This document shows, in pieces, positions 32,995-42,690 of a stretch of 64,000 nt of DNA. Below the pieces are notes generated by a model. It searched no databases and was not told the origin of the DNA. It saw only the letters and a program-made list of their open reading frames with translations. Origin of the DNA: Terriglobia bacterium (GTDB lineage Bacteria > Acidobacteriota > Terriglobia > JAJPHL01 > JAPKYU01). Position numbers and translations under genes: made by a program. Location: contig CBDBKE010000002.1 in the NCBI GenBank assembly GCA_965206645.1, forward strand, positions 736,001 through 800,000, written 5' to 3'. Numbering within the stretch: the first letter of the stretch is position 1; every line of letters begins with the position of its first letter.

Positions 32995-34221
32995 ATGAAA
33001 CCGAATCATGTGTGCTTGCTTTGGATCACCTTGCTGATGGCACTGTTGGTCGCGGCGCCGGCGCCGGCTGCTGGCCAGCAGATTACCGATGCGTTTGAAT
33101 ACAACGATTACATGGCGGCGTATAACGAGAAGACTCCCGCCACAAAACTCCAGTTGCTGGACCAATTCCTAGGCAGATACCCAGACACTGTGGTGAAGGA
33201 ACAGGCTCTGATAATGAAGATGGTTGCGCTGCAACAGGTGAAACAGAGTCCGGAACCAGCCGCGCGCCAACTGCTCGAGGTGAACCCCAACCACCTGCGT
33301 GCTCTCTTCTGGGTCAGTTACTTCTTCCATCAGGGGCCGCCTGGTCCGAACGACCCGGAGCTGGAGAAGAAGCTGTCCGCAGGTGGGGAATTTGCCCAGC
33401 GCGGGCTCAAGCAACTATCCTCATTCCAAGTGCCTAACGTCAGCGCCGAGGACCTGGAGAAACAGAAGAACGCCTTCGAAGCGACCTTCCGCCAGGCGCT
33501 GGGTGTGGTTGCCGACATACGCAAGAAGTACGACGAGGCCCAATCCGAGTACCGAAGGGCAGCCGAACTGTCGCCCCAAGACGGCGGGCTATTCTACCGG
33601 CTTGGCAACGCCTATATCGCCCAACGCCCCGACCCGAAATACAACGAGGCGTTCTGGGCCTTTGCGCGAGCCGCCACCGTGGATGGCGCCGGCGCCTTAC
33701 AGCCGGCGGGACGCCAGCAGGTGGATGACTACCTCCGGAAGATTTACGAGCAGTACCACGGCCCGGACGAAGAAGGATTCACGCAGTTAAAGCAACAGGC
33801 CAAGGCCCAGCCGTTTGCACCCGCCGGCTTCAAAGTCCTTTCCAAGGCGGAAGTCGCTGCAGCCGCCCCGGTAGTCCCCGAAGAGTTGAGCTTTGACGAG
33901 ATCCGCGACATGCTGCTTAAAATGGAAGCCAAGGGGGAAGAACTCTGGGGAAAAATGAAAGGCATGTCGCTGGAGTTTCGGGGCGGCATTATTTCCGCTA
34001 CGGGGCCTCGCCGAGCACGCACCGTGCGCATTGTCGTGTTGGCGGAAACTGCCCAGAGGGACCCTAAAGCCTACGACGTAGAATTGGTCTTAGCCGAGCC
34101 CACCCGCAAGGTCCCCGTCGGGCAAATCGTGCGCTTCACGGGTATGGCCAACTTGTTCCAGCCGGATCCCTTCGTGCTTTCTATGGTGGACGGAAAAATC
34201 CTCCCCCTCGAGGAGGAGTAA
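32995..34221 (+). CDS. Secreted TPR-containing protein
   Basis: Signal peptide; TPR-like KYDEAQSEYRRAAELSPQDGGLFYRLGNAY; GGAG RBS. Confidence 0.75.
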   Translation: MKPNHVCLLWITLLMALLVAAPAPAAGQQITDAFEYNDYMAAYNEKTPATKLQLLDQFLGRYPDTVVKEQALIMKMVALQQVKQSPEPAARQLLEVNPNHLRALFWVSYFFHQGPPGPNDPELEKKLSAGGEFAQRGLKQLSSFQVPNVSAEDLEKQKNAFEATFRQALGVVADIRKKYDEAQSEYRRAAELSPQDGGLFYRLGNAYIAQRPDPKYNEAFWAFARAATVDGAGALQPAGRQQVDDYLRKIYEQYHGPDEEGFTQLKQQAKAQPFAPAGFKVLSKAEVAAAAPVVPEELSFDEIRDMLLKMEAKGEELWGKMKGMSLEFRGGIISATGPRRARTVRIVVLAETAQRDPKAYDVELVLAEPTRKVPVGQIVRFTGMANLFQPDPFVLSMVDGKILPLEEE

Positions 34222-34459
34222 CCCTGGGGCCTTCCGCCAAAGCGCCGAGCTGAAGAAGCGTCGGGATCGCCAGCGCCATCTCTTAGAAGGGAAATCCAGG
34301 GCCCATACAAGGGAAATCGAAAGCGCTCCTCGTTCCGGGGCTCACTCAAGGAGTCCCAGCCTGCCGTAGAATCTGAAATAGAGTAAGGCTACGGCCCGGC
34401 CGCCCCTTTCCTACGCCGAGATCCGTGTCCCGGATGGCAATCTTGCTCCGAATTTCCCG

Positions 34460-34684
34460 TTAGCGGGAGCGGTTCCCGTTTCGCCCGTGCAGTTGGTGGG
34501 CTTCCATCTTGCGGCTGAGCGTGTTGCGGTGCATGCCCAGCAGGCGAGCCGCACGCGACTGATTGCCCCGCGTGTGTGCCATCACCTGACGGATGTATTT
34601 CTTTTCGAATTCCCGCAAGGCAGCCGGGAATGGGACTCCACGGTCTACCAATTGCCCGATTAATGATTCCAATTGGTCTTTCAC
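34460..34684 (-). CDS. Fis-family helix-turn-helix protein
   Basis: TRGNQSRAARLLGMHRNTLSRK; AAGGAG RBS. Confidence 0.88.
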   Translation of the reverse strand: MKDQLESLIGQLVDRGVPFPAALREFEKKYIRQVMAHTRGNQSRAARLLGMHRNTLSRKMEAHQLHGRNGNRSR

Positions 34685-34762
34685 CGAACGATCTCCTTCT
34701 GGGTCAAGAGCTTGCTCGGCCGGGCCTTGTCCATTGGTACCCGACCGCAGTCAACAGCGAAA

Positions 34763-35299
34763 TCAGCGCTCCGGCTGGCCTCGCCAAATTCCCTGGACCC
34801 GCTCCCACCCGCTGTGGAAGCGGTCCCGCATGTCAGAGGGAGCCACGGAAACCAACACGCGCGCCCCGTGAATCAGGTACGGCGTTAACCGCGACCTCAC
34901 CAGCGGCCGCGCCTCCGGCGCGAAGACCGCCAAAATCACTACCACAACCATGCAAAACAAGCAGCCGCGGACCAAGCCCACGCCGACACCCAGGAGGCGG
35001 TCGAACCAGCGCAGACCCGCTCGGTCCACCATCCTCCCCGCCCAGCGGGAGAGGAACCCGCCGGCAATCAGCGCCACCAGCAAAATGCCCAGGAAGGCGG
35101 TCAACGCTGCCAGGTTTGGCGCGCGCCCCTGGGGGAGCTGCCCCGCCGCGGTGGGGTAGAGCCAGCAGGCCAGCAGAAAGCCCCAGGCCAGCGCCAACAG
35201 CGAAATCAGTTCCCGCGTAAATCCCTTGACGGCGCTGAACGCCACCGAAAACAGCACGATGCCGACCAGCACCAAATCCAGTATGCTCCAGGCGCTCAA
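34763..35299 (-). CDS. cvpA: Colicin V production-family membrane protein
   Basis: KGFTRELISL and DRLLGVGVGLVRG; coupled to purC. Confidence 0.88.
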   Translation of the reverse strand: MSAWSILDLVLVGIVLFSVAFSAVKGFTRELISLLALAWGFLLACWLYPTAAGQLPQGRAPNLAALTAFLGILLVALIAGGFLSRWAGRMVDRAGLRWFDRLLGVGVGLVRGCLFCMVVVVILAVFAPEARPLVRSRLTPYLIHGARVLVSVAPSDMRDRFHSGWERVQGIWRGQPER

Positions 35300-36204
35300 T
35301 TCGGCAGGTCACGTCCCGTCAGGAGTCGAAGCGCCTCCCGGTATTTCGCTCCCGTGCGCTCGGCTATCTCCGCCGGCAGCGGCGGCGCCGGAGGCTGCTT
35401 GTCCCAGCCAATTTGCTCCAGGTAGTCGCGCACGTACTGCTTGTCGAACGAGACTTGGGCGCCGCCGGGGCGGTACTGCGCCTGCGGCCAAAACCGGGAC
35501 GAGTCTGGGGTCAGCACCTCGTCGCCCAGGACCAACTGGTCGCCCACGTAGCCGAACTCGAACTTAGTGTCGGCAAGCAGAATGCCGCGCTGCTCGGCGT
35601 AGCTGGCGGCGCGGCGGTAGATTTCCAGGGTCAGCTCACGCAACCGCGCGGTGGCCTGCTTGCCTACCCGCTCCGCCATCTCCTCGATGGAAATGTTTAT
35701 GTCGTGGCCCGTTTCCGCCTTGGTGGCCGGAGTGAAGATGGGCTCCGGCAGCCGCTCCGATTCCTGCAACCCCGCCGGCAACCGGATGCCGCATACGCTC
35801 CCGCTCTGCCGGTACTCTTTCCAGCCTGAGCCGGAGAGGTAGCCGCGGGCCACGCACTCGACCGGCACCATCCGTGCCCGGCGAACCAGCATGGAGCGGC
35901 CCTCCAGTTGCTCATGAAATGGATGAAACGCCGCCGGGTATTGCGCCGGGTCGGCGGTAACCAGGTGATTGGGCACCACTTCGGCCAGGAACTTAAACCA
36001 GAACAGGGAAAGTTGAGTCAGGACCCGTCCCTTGTCGGGAATGCCGGTAGGCAGCACGCAGTCGAAGGCTGAGATGCGGTCGGTGGCCACCAGCAGCAGC
36101 GAACCGTCGGCCTCGTATAAGTCCCTGACCTTCCCCCGCCAGAAGAGAGCTTGGCCCGGGAATTCTGTTTCGAGCAGGATGGCTGTGCTTTTTGTCTTCT
36201 CCAT
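35296..36204 (-). CDS. purC: Phosphoribosylaminoimidazole-succinocarboxamide synthase
   Basis: GKVRDLY, TDRISAFD, ECVARGYLSGS, DTKFEFG and DEVLTPDSSRFW; start placed downstream of a TTGACA-N18-CAGAAT promoter (36226-36255). Confidence 0.96.
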   Translation of the reverse strand: MEKTKSTAILLETEFPGQALFWRGKVRDLYEADGSLLLVATDRISAFDCVLPTGIPDKGRVLTQLSLFWFKFLAEVVPNHLVTADPAQYPAAFHPFHEQLEGRSMLVRRARMVPVECVARGYLSGSGWKEYRQSGSVCGIRLPAGLQESERLPEPIFTPATKAETGHDINISIEEMAERVGKQATARLRELTLEIYRRAASYAEQRGILLADTKFEFGYVGDQLVLGDEVLTPDSSRFWPQAQYRPGGAQVSFDKQYVRDYLEQIGWDKQPPAPPLPAEIAERTGAKYREALRLLTGRDLPN

Positions 36205-36379
36205 GAACATCCTGGAAGAGTCCGCATTCTGCGCCATCAGCAAAATGTCTGTCAAGCACCGCGCAAGCCAGCATTGGCGCACTCCGCGTGCCTGTCGCCT
36301 GCGAAACCTCGCATAGCATGCGGGTCTTCGGAGGCAAAAGTTTTTTGTATACTTTCCCACGACCGGAAAGGAGTGCGAG

Positions 36380-36856
36380 ATGGGAGACTTGATTCACACT
36401 TCGCGCGCGCGCATCTACAAGGACAAGGGGCCGGTGCGTCGCGCCTACATCGAAAACTTCCCCGAGCCGGTTCGCTACGGGGTGCACGGCGGCATCAAGA
36501 AATTTTACGGGCTCGAGCCGGAGGAGGATCTGCCAGCCACGCTGGACCACATTGTGGCCGCCGTCGCCGGTTGAATGACCGGCACCTTAGCCGGCGCGCT
36601 GGCAGCGCGCCACATCCGGGTGCCCAGGGAGGGGTTGTGGGCCGAAGCCGAGGGCAAGATTGAGAACGTGGAGGGCAAGCCCTTCATTACCTCCATTCAT
36701 GTGCACTATCACCTGACCGTGGCTGAAGGAAAGCGGGCCGAAGCGGAGCGCGTGGTGGGCATCCACGAGAAAGGTTGCCCCGCCGCCCAGAGCGTCAAGC
36801 GTGGCATTGGGATTTCCTGGGACGCCGAGATCGAGGAGACCGCGGCCGCCGGGTGA
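36380..36856 (+). CDS. OsmC-like selenoprotein (UGA 36572-36574), 158 aa
   Basis: Two in-frame ORFs joined by one UGA: HIVAAVAG-U-MTGT...HEKGCPAAQSV, matching the OsmC/Ohr two-Cys layout; AAAGGAG RBS and TATACT -10. Confidence 0.85.
36593..36611 (+). promoter_or_regulatory. SECIS-like hairpin of the OsmC-like gene
   Basis: GGCGCGCT-GGC-AGCGCGCC, 8-bp stem; loop begins with G, 26 nt after the UGA. Confidence 0.7.
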
Positions 36857-36971
36857 AGCGTCTGCATGGAGATGGCGCCCGCAACAATTCAGCTGTTGCA
36901 TCCAGCTGGATGCTGAAAGACCTCGCTAATGTAACAGCAGGCACGCTTTTTCTGCTTCCTGCTAGAGGATC

Positions 36972-39900
36972 TCAGGCGATGGCGCCTACGGCCTCTCCCT
37001 GTGGAGTGGCTTGCTGATGGCTCACTGCGTCTAGTTCGGTCTGGCCCAATTTCACCGAGACCAGCTTGGAAACCCCCGGCTCCTCCATCGTCACCCCGTA
37101 CAGCGCCGGAGACGCCTCCATGGTCTTCTTGCTGTGGGTGATGATTATAAACTGAGTGCTGGAAGTCATCTGCTCGACAAGCCTGGTGAAGCGCCCGATG
37201 TTGGCGTCATCCAGCGGGGCGTCCACTTCGTCCAGGACACAGAAGGGGCTGGGTTGGTATTGGAAAATTGACAACACCAGAGCCATCGCGGCCAGCGCTT
37301 TCTCTCCGCCGGAAAGCAGCAGGACATTTTGCAAACGCTTTCCCGGCGGTTGCGCGATCAGGTCCACGCCGCTCTCGCTGAGATTCTCCTCCTCGCTCAG
37401 TTTCATCATCCCTGTGCCGCCGCCAAACAAGGTCCGGAAGGTTTCCTGGAAGTTGGCGTTGATGGCTTGGAAGGCCTCCAGGAACTGCCGGCGCGACACG
37501 GCCTCGATTTCCTGAATCGTCTGCTGGGTGTCGCGGATAGCGTCCAGCAGGTCCTGGCGCTGGGTGTCGAGGAATTCCTGCCGCTGCCGGGCCTCCTGAT
37601 ACTCTTCCAGGGCCATCATGTTGACCGGACCCATCGCTTCGATCCGGGCGCGCAGTTGGCGGGTCTGTTCTTCGGCCTGCGCCAGGGCTTCGTCTGCCAG
37701 TAGTTCGGCCGGATCGGCAGCGAGTTCCTCAAGGGCGAGGCCAAGGTCGTTCCGGCAGAGTTCGCCCAGGTGCCCCAGATCGCTTTGTTTCCGAGCCAGG
37801 GCGACTTCGGCGGCCGACTTGCGCTCGCGCTGCTCGTCCAGCTCTGCACGGGCCATGCGGGTCTGCTCTTCCAGCTCCGCCAGCCGTTGCCGGCCTTCCT
37901 CCAGCGCCTTCTGAAGTTCGTCAGCGGCCTGTTCGGCAGCTGCGCGCCCGGCAACCGCTTCGGCCGCCCGGCGCTCCAGCTCCCCCTGTTCGTGCGCCAG
38001 GCGTTTCAGTTCCTGGCGGCCGGAGTCGAGCTGGCGTTCCAACTCCTCCGCTTGGGAGCGCTCTTGGACAACTAAGTCCTCGAGGCGCACGGTGGTTGCG
38101 GCGGCCGCACTCCGGCGCTCTTGCAAGGCCGCAGCACGGGCTTGCGCCTCGGCCAGTGCGGCGGAGGCGGCAATCCGGGCTTCCCCCAGTTCGGCGGCGG
38201 CCACTGTGGTTTCCGATAAGCGCGCTTCCAGCTCCTGCCGGGCGCGTTCCCGGCCTTCGGCTTCTGACCGCAGGCGTTCAGCATGCTCGGCCGCGCGCGC
38301 TCTCTCCTGCTCGAGCCGCTGAAGCTCCAGCCGCGCCACCGAAAGTCGCTCGGCGGCCCGCGCCAGTTGCCCTGCAAGCTGGCGCAGTTCCTGATCCAGG
38401 CCCACTCCCAGCTTTTCCCGCTCCACCTCGTCCCCGCGCAGCTTCTCCAGCGAAGCCGCAATCCTGGCCGCTTCCTCTTCGCTGGCACGCAAACCGGCGG
38501 CAGAGGCGTCAATGTGCCGCGCGAGTTCGCCTGCCTGCTGGGTCACCTGGCGCAGCTCACGCTTCAACCCCAGCGGACCGGCACCGGCACGCTTGCCGCC
38601 GGTCAGCGTTGAGCCGTGGAAACACTCACCTTCCGGAGCCAGGAAGTAACATTGCGGGTGAGCCAGAGCCAACTCGCGGGCTGCGGCGGCCGAATCTGCG
38701 ACGTAACTAAGCGCTAGCCTAGGCAACAGCGTCTCGGCTGCCCGCGGCAATCCGTTCGTCAACCGGACAAAGTCCTTCAGCGGAGTCAGCCCCGGCGGGA
38801 GGGAGCCCAAGCCATTGCCCACGAGAGGCAGAGGCGCTTCCGGGTGCACCAGGAAGGTAGCGCGCCCCTCGCCCTCGGAACGCAGCAGGTGCACGCCTTC
38901 CTGCGCGGCATCCCAGCTCTTCACCACCACGTACTCCAGCTCCTCGACCAGAAAATCCTCCACCACAGTCTCAAAACGCGGCTCGGCCTCCAAGAAATCG
39001 GCCAGGATGCCCAGGGGACGGAACCCCTCGGGCAAGCGCATGTTTCCTTCTCCGTTCGACGCGAACAGTTTCTTGACCGCTTCGGCCGTGTAGGCGCGGT
39101 GGGAAAGGATTTGCTCCAGCGAGTCGCGGCGCGCGCGCACGTCTGCGTACTCGCCGCGGAGCTGCTCCAGTTTCCCGCTGACACGGCGCACCTCGACTTT
39201 CAGTTCACCGAGCCTCGTTTCCACCGTGGCCCGCTCGGCATTCACGTATTGCAAGTCGAGCTGCTGCTGCGCCTGCTTGGCCAGAAGCGCTCCTTGCTGC
39301 TTGCGGAGTCCGGCCTGCTCTTCGGCAGCGGCCGTCAGCTCGCGTTCGCCGCGTTCACCCTGACGCTGGATGCCGGCCAGGTACTCTTCGACCTGGGTCA
39401 GCTGGTTGCGGAGTTCGGCCAACTCACCCATCCGGGCAAGCACGGAAGCACGAAGGTTGTCCACCTCACTCTCGCGCGAGTGCAGTTGTTGCTCGGTGCG
39501 CGACAACTCAGCGGCCCGCCCCTCGACCTCCGCCTGCGCCATTTTCTCTTCGGCCTCAGCGGCGGCCAGCACCGCTCGGCACTCCACCAATTCGCGCTCA
39601 AGCGACTCCAGCCGGGTCCCGAGTTGGGTCTGTCTCGCCTCCTGCTCGCGAAGACGTGTCTCCAGTTCCGTCGCCTGCTGCTGCTGATACGAAATGCGAT
39701 TGCGCGCCCGGTCCGCTTCCATTTCGAGTGAGGCGATGCGGTCGCGCTGGCGGCGCAGCGCCTCCTCCTGCTGGTAGCCGGCGCGGTTCAGCCCGATGTG
39801 CTCCTGCTCCAAAGCCTCCACCTGCGCTCCCATCTCTTTCGAGCGGTTGGAAGCCAGGCTCAGCTCCAGGGCCGATTGCACCGCCTGACGCTCCAGCTCG

Positions 39901-40775
39901 GCGTGCCGGCTGGACAGCACGGCGCGCAGCCGCCCACGGAATTCCTCTCGCAACTCCGCGTACCGCCGCGCTTTGGAGGCCTGGCGCTTCAGCGAGTTCA
40001 CCTGCCTGGTCACTTCCTCCAGGATGTCGTTCACGCGATTCAGGTTCTGCTTGGAGCTTTCCAGCTTGGCTTCGGCCAGCCGGCGCTTGTTCTTGTACTT
40101 GGTGATTCCTGCCGCCTCCTCAATCAGCGCGCGCCGCTCGTAGGGTTTGGCGTTGAGGATCTGCCCGATCTTTCCTTGCTCGATAATGGCGTAGGAGCCA
40201 TGCCCCAGGCCGGTACCCGAGAACAGCTCCTGGATATCCCGCAGCCGGCTTGGCCTGCCGTCGAGCAGGTATTCGCTTTCCCCCGAGCGGAACAGACGGC
40301 GGCAGATGACGACCTCCGGTCCGACCTTCGGTGCGACCTTTGGTGCCGAGGGGCGGAACGAGGGCTCCTCAGCCGGGCGGCTTTGGAACACATAGCTTGG
40401 CGTGCCCGAGGTTCCTGCCGCAGTTGACGGAGCTACCGCGCTTGCCGCCGGCTCCGTTCCCGGCAGCTCTGTTCCCAGCAGCGGAGGGCAGTCCTCGGCG
40501 TGGTAATCGGTATCGGCCAGCGTCAGGGAAACCTCGGCAAAACCTGTCGGTGTGCGGTCGCGCGTGCCGTTGAAGATCACATCCTGCATGGTGCCGCCCC
40601 GCAGGCTCTTGGCCGACTGCTCCCCCAGCACCCAACTGATGGCATCGCTGATATTCGACTTGCCGCACCCATTGGGACCCACCACGGCGGTGATTCCCGC
40701 TCCGTTAAAGACCATCTCGGTGCGGTCACAAAAAGACTTGAACCCGATGAGCTCGATCTTCTTTAGCTTGAGCAA
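36972..40775 (-). CDS. smc: Chromosome segregation protein SMC
   Basis: GFKSF, GPNGCGKSN, coiled coils and hinge, LSGGE, LDEVDAPLD; TTG start after AAGGAAGG. Confidence 0.97.
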   Translation of the reverse strand: MLKLKKIELIGFKSFCDRTEMVFNGAGITAVVGPNGCGKSNISDAISWVLGEQSAKSLRGGTMQDVIFNGTRDRTPTGFAEVSLTLADTDYHAEDCPPLLGTELPGTEPAASAVAPSTAAGTSGTPSYVFQSRPAEEPSFRPSAPKVAPKVGPEVVICRRLFRSGESEYLLDGRPSRLRDIQELFSGTGLGHGSYAIIEQGKIGQILNAKPYERRALIEEAAGITKYKNKRRLAEAKLESSKQNLNRVNDILEEVTRQVNSLKRQASKARRYAELREEFRGRLRAVLSSRHAELERQAVQSALELSLASNRSKEMGAQVEALEQEHIGLNRAGYQQEEALRRQRDRIASLEMEADRARNRISYQQQQATELETRLREQEARQTQLGTRLESLERELVECRAVLAAAEAEEKMAQAEVEGRAAELSRTEQQLHSRESEVDNLRASVLARMGELAELRNQLTQVEEYLAGIQRQGERGERELTAAAEEQAGLRKQQGALLAKQAQQQLDLQYVNAERATVETRLGELKVEVRRVSGKLEQLRGEYADVRARRDSLEQILSHRAYTAEAVKKLFASNGEGNMRLPEGFRPLGILADFLEAEPRFETVVEDFLVEELEYVVVKSWDAAQEGVHLLRSEGEGRATFLVHPEAPLPLVGNGLGSLPPGLTPLKDFVRLTNGLPRAAETLLPRLALSYVADSAAAARELALAHPQCYFLAPEGECFHGSTLTGGKRAGAGPLGLKRELRQVTQQAGELARHIDASAAGLRASEEEAARIAASLEKLRGDEVEREKLGVGLDQELRQLAGQLARAAERLSVARLELQRLEQERARAAEHAERLRSEAEGRERARQELEARLSETTVAAAELGEARIAASAALAEAQARAAALQERRSAAAATTVRLEDLVVQERSQAEELERQLDSGRQELKRLAHEQGELERRAAEAVAGRAAAEQAADELQKALEEGRQRLAELEEQTRMARAELDEQRERKSAAEVALARKQSDLGHLGELCRNDLGLALEELAADPAELLADEALAQAEEQTRQLRARIEAMGPVNMMALEEYQEARQRQEFLDTQRQDLLDAIRDTQQTIQEIEAVSRRQFLEAFQAINANFQETFRTLFGGGTGMMKLSEEENLSESGVDLIAQPPGKRLQNVLLLSGGEKALAAMALVLSIFQYQPSPFCVLDEVDAPLDDANIGRFTRLVEQMTSSTQFIIITHSKKTMEASPALYGVTMEEPGVSKLVSVKLGQTELDAVSHQQATPQGEAVGAIA

Positions 40776-41213
40776 GGCAAACCTTCCTTTGTTGGTCCCC
40801 AACTCAGAATGGCGCAACTCAGCCTGGCCCAGACTCGCCGCAGGAAATTGTCCCTTCGGGGCACTGGGTGGATAGTAGCGCTGGAGTAGGGGTTTGTAAA
40901 GCCAAAACCTACTCCATTTTGAGCCCTCGAGGAATGGGCCACAACATTTTGTGCCTACCGGGAAGGTCGGGAAGTCGCCAGCGTAAACGGAACCCGGGAC
41001 AAATGTTCAGGCGGAAGACTACTCTCGGAGCACCTTCCTGGATTTTATCGCAAGAGGTTCGCCGCGTAAATAAGATTTGTGTCGGTCGTGGCCCCAGTGC
41101 CGTCTCAAACAAAAGCGAGGGTAGTGGGTCAGTTTCCGGGAAGCCGAGTCCGGTTAAAATTCAGGCTTCTCGGTAGGAATAGATCACAATAGGGCATACG
41201 TAGGGTAACTACT

Positions 41214-42350
41214 TTGCCAAACCTAACCGTCTCCCGGCGCAGACAGGTAGTCTTGGTGCTGGCGGCTCTGATCGCTACGGCGGGGGGGATCTGGAGCATC
41301 CACGATGCGCTCTTGCTGATGAGCTTGGTTTGCGCCGCTGGCCTGATCTGGTCCAACCGCGAGTGGAAAGCCTGGGCGCTGGCGGCAGTGATGGTGGCGG
41401 CAGGGCTGTGGTGGTCCAGTATCGATAGCAGGCGCTGCTCGGTATGGTGGAGAGGGAGCATTGTTTACGGAAAGCTTTCTGGACATCATTCCTACTTGGA
41501 ATGGAACGAGATCTGGAGTGGCGTTTTTGGCCTTTACTCCGGACCTTGTTGCCTGTGCGCGCCCTCCCGAATTGGGAGCGATCCGCTTTACGAAATGCAC
41601 ATGCAAGAAGTGACGCAAAGGCGGCTTTCCCAGCCCACGTATCAGGATCCAAAGAGGCTCAACAGGCACGAAGCGAAGATGTACTCGCAGGCCGGTGAGG
41701 ATGGCATTATAGCCGAGATCTTCCGCAGGATCGGCGTCACTAACAAGGTGTTTGTAGAAATCGGTTCTGGTGACGGTTACGAGAACAATACTGTTTTCCT
41801 GCTTTGTAATGCTTGGACTGGATTATGGATCGACGCGGACAGGAAGGCTGTGAATACTGTCCGAAAGAGTTTTGCGGTGGACATTCAATCGCGGCGGCTG
41901 GTCATCCTCAATGCGGTTGTCACGGCGGAAAACATTGAAGATCTCCTGGCCCGAGCCAATGTGCCGCCAGAGTTCGACTTGCTGTCCATCGACATTGACA
42001 GAAATGACTATTGGGTTTGGCAGAAGATCGAGCGATATCGTCCCGGAACAGTCGTCGTGGAGTACAATGAGAAATTCCCACCGGGAGTTGAATGGGTAGT
42101 AGAGTACGATGCGAACGCCTTCTGGGATGGCTCGGATCACTTTGGCGCGAGTTTGACGGCTCTCGAAATTCTTGGCCGCAGAAAGGGCTATCTGCTCGTT
42201 GGCTGCACCTTGGGCGGAGTGAATGCATTCTTTGTTCGCCAAGACCTTGTCGGCGACCGCTTCAGCGAACCCTATACAGCACTGAGCCATTACGAACCCT
42301 CCAGTCTTGACCTGCGAGGGCGGCCCTTGGCGTACCCTAGACGGCCATAG
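41214..42350 (+). CDS. Membrane-anchored FkbM-like methyltransferase-fold protein
   Basis: YSQAGEDGII, FVEIGSGDG.ENNT, FDLLSIDIDRNDYWVW and GVNAFFVR; N-terminal TM segments. Confidence 0.75.
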   Translation: MPNLTVSRRRQVVLVLAALIATAGGIWSIHDALLLMSLVCAAGLIWSNREWKAWALAAVMVAAGLWWSSIDSRRCSVWWRGSIVYGKLSGHHSYLEWNEIWSGVFGLYSGPCCLCAPSRIGSDPLYEMHMQEVTQRRLSQPTYQDPKRLNRHEAKMYSQAGEDGIIAEIFRRIGVTNKVFVEIGSGDGYENNTVFLLCNAWTGLWIDADRKAVNTVRKSFAVDIQSRRLVILNAVVTAENIEDLLARANVPPEFDLLSIDIDRNDYWVWQKIERYRPGTVVVEYNEKFPPGVEWVVEYDANAFWDGSDHFGASLTALEILGRRKGYLLVGCTLGGVNAFFVRQDLVGDRFSEPYTALSHYEPSSLDLRGRPLAYPRRP

Positions 42351-42690
42351 CCGCAAGCGCCGGTGCCCCTACCGACGACCGGGGGGTGATGCGGGGAAGC
42401 GTCTTAGCGAAAGAATTTTCGTCAGATTCGCCAGACAGGTCTCCACAAGTCGGTTAGCGTTTACCTATGCTGCCACGCAGTCCGCGTGGCCGTGTAACGC
42501 CCTTTCCGGAAACTGACCCACTACCAAAGCGAGTTCCGCCAGCGCAGCGCGACTGCTCCCGCCACTAACTTCTCGCCACCCCCGGCTCGCCCCTCCTGCG
42601 AGCCCCTCTGGCTCGGCCCTTTGGCACCGCCTCGCCCTTCGGGCCCAAGGTTCCGATTTCGGATATAATAACGGGAGGCGCGAGGCTGGC

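Noticed and set aside
34222-34459. Possible structured ncRNA between convergent genes
   Set aside because: No recognisable RNA family or convincing long stem by eye
12164-42446. Inverted 12-mer ACAGGTCTCCAC at 12164-12175 and 42435-42446
   Set aside because: A 12-bp match is plausible by chance in 64 kb and there is no extended similarity
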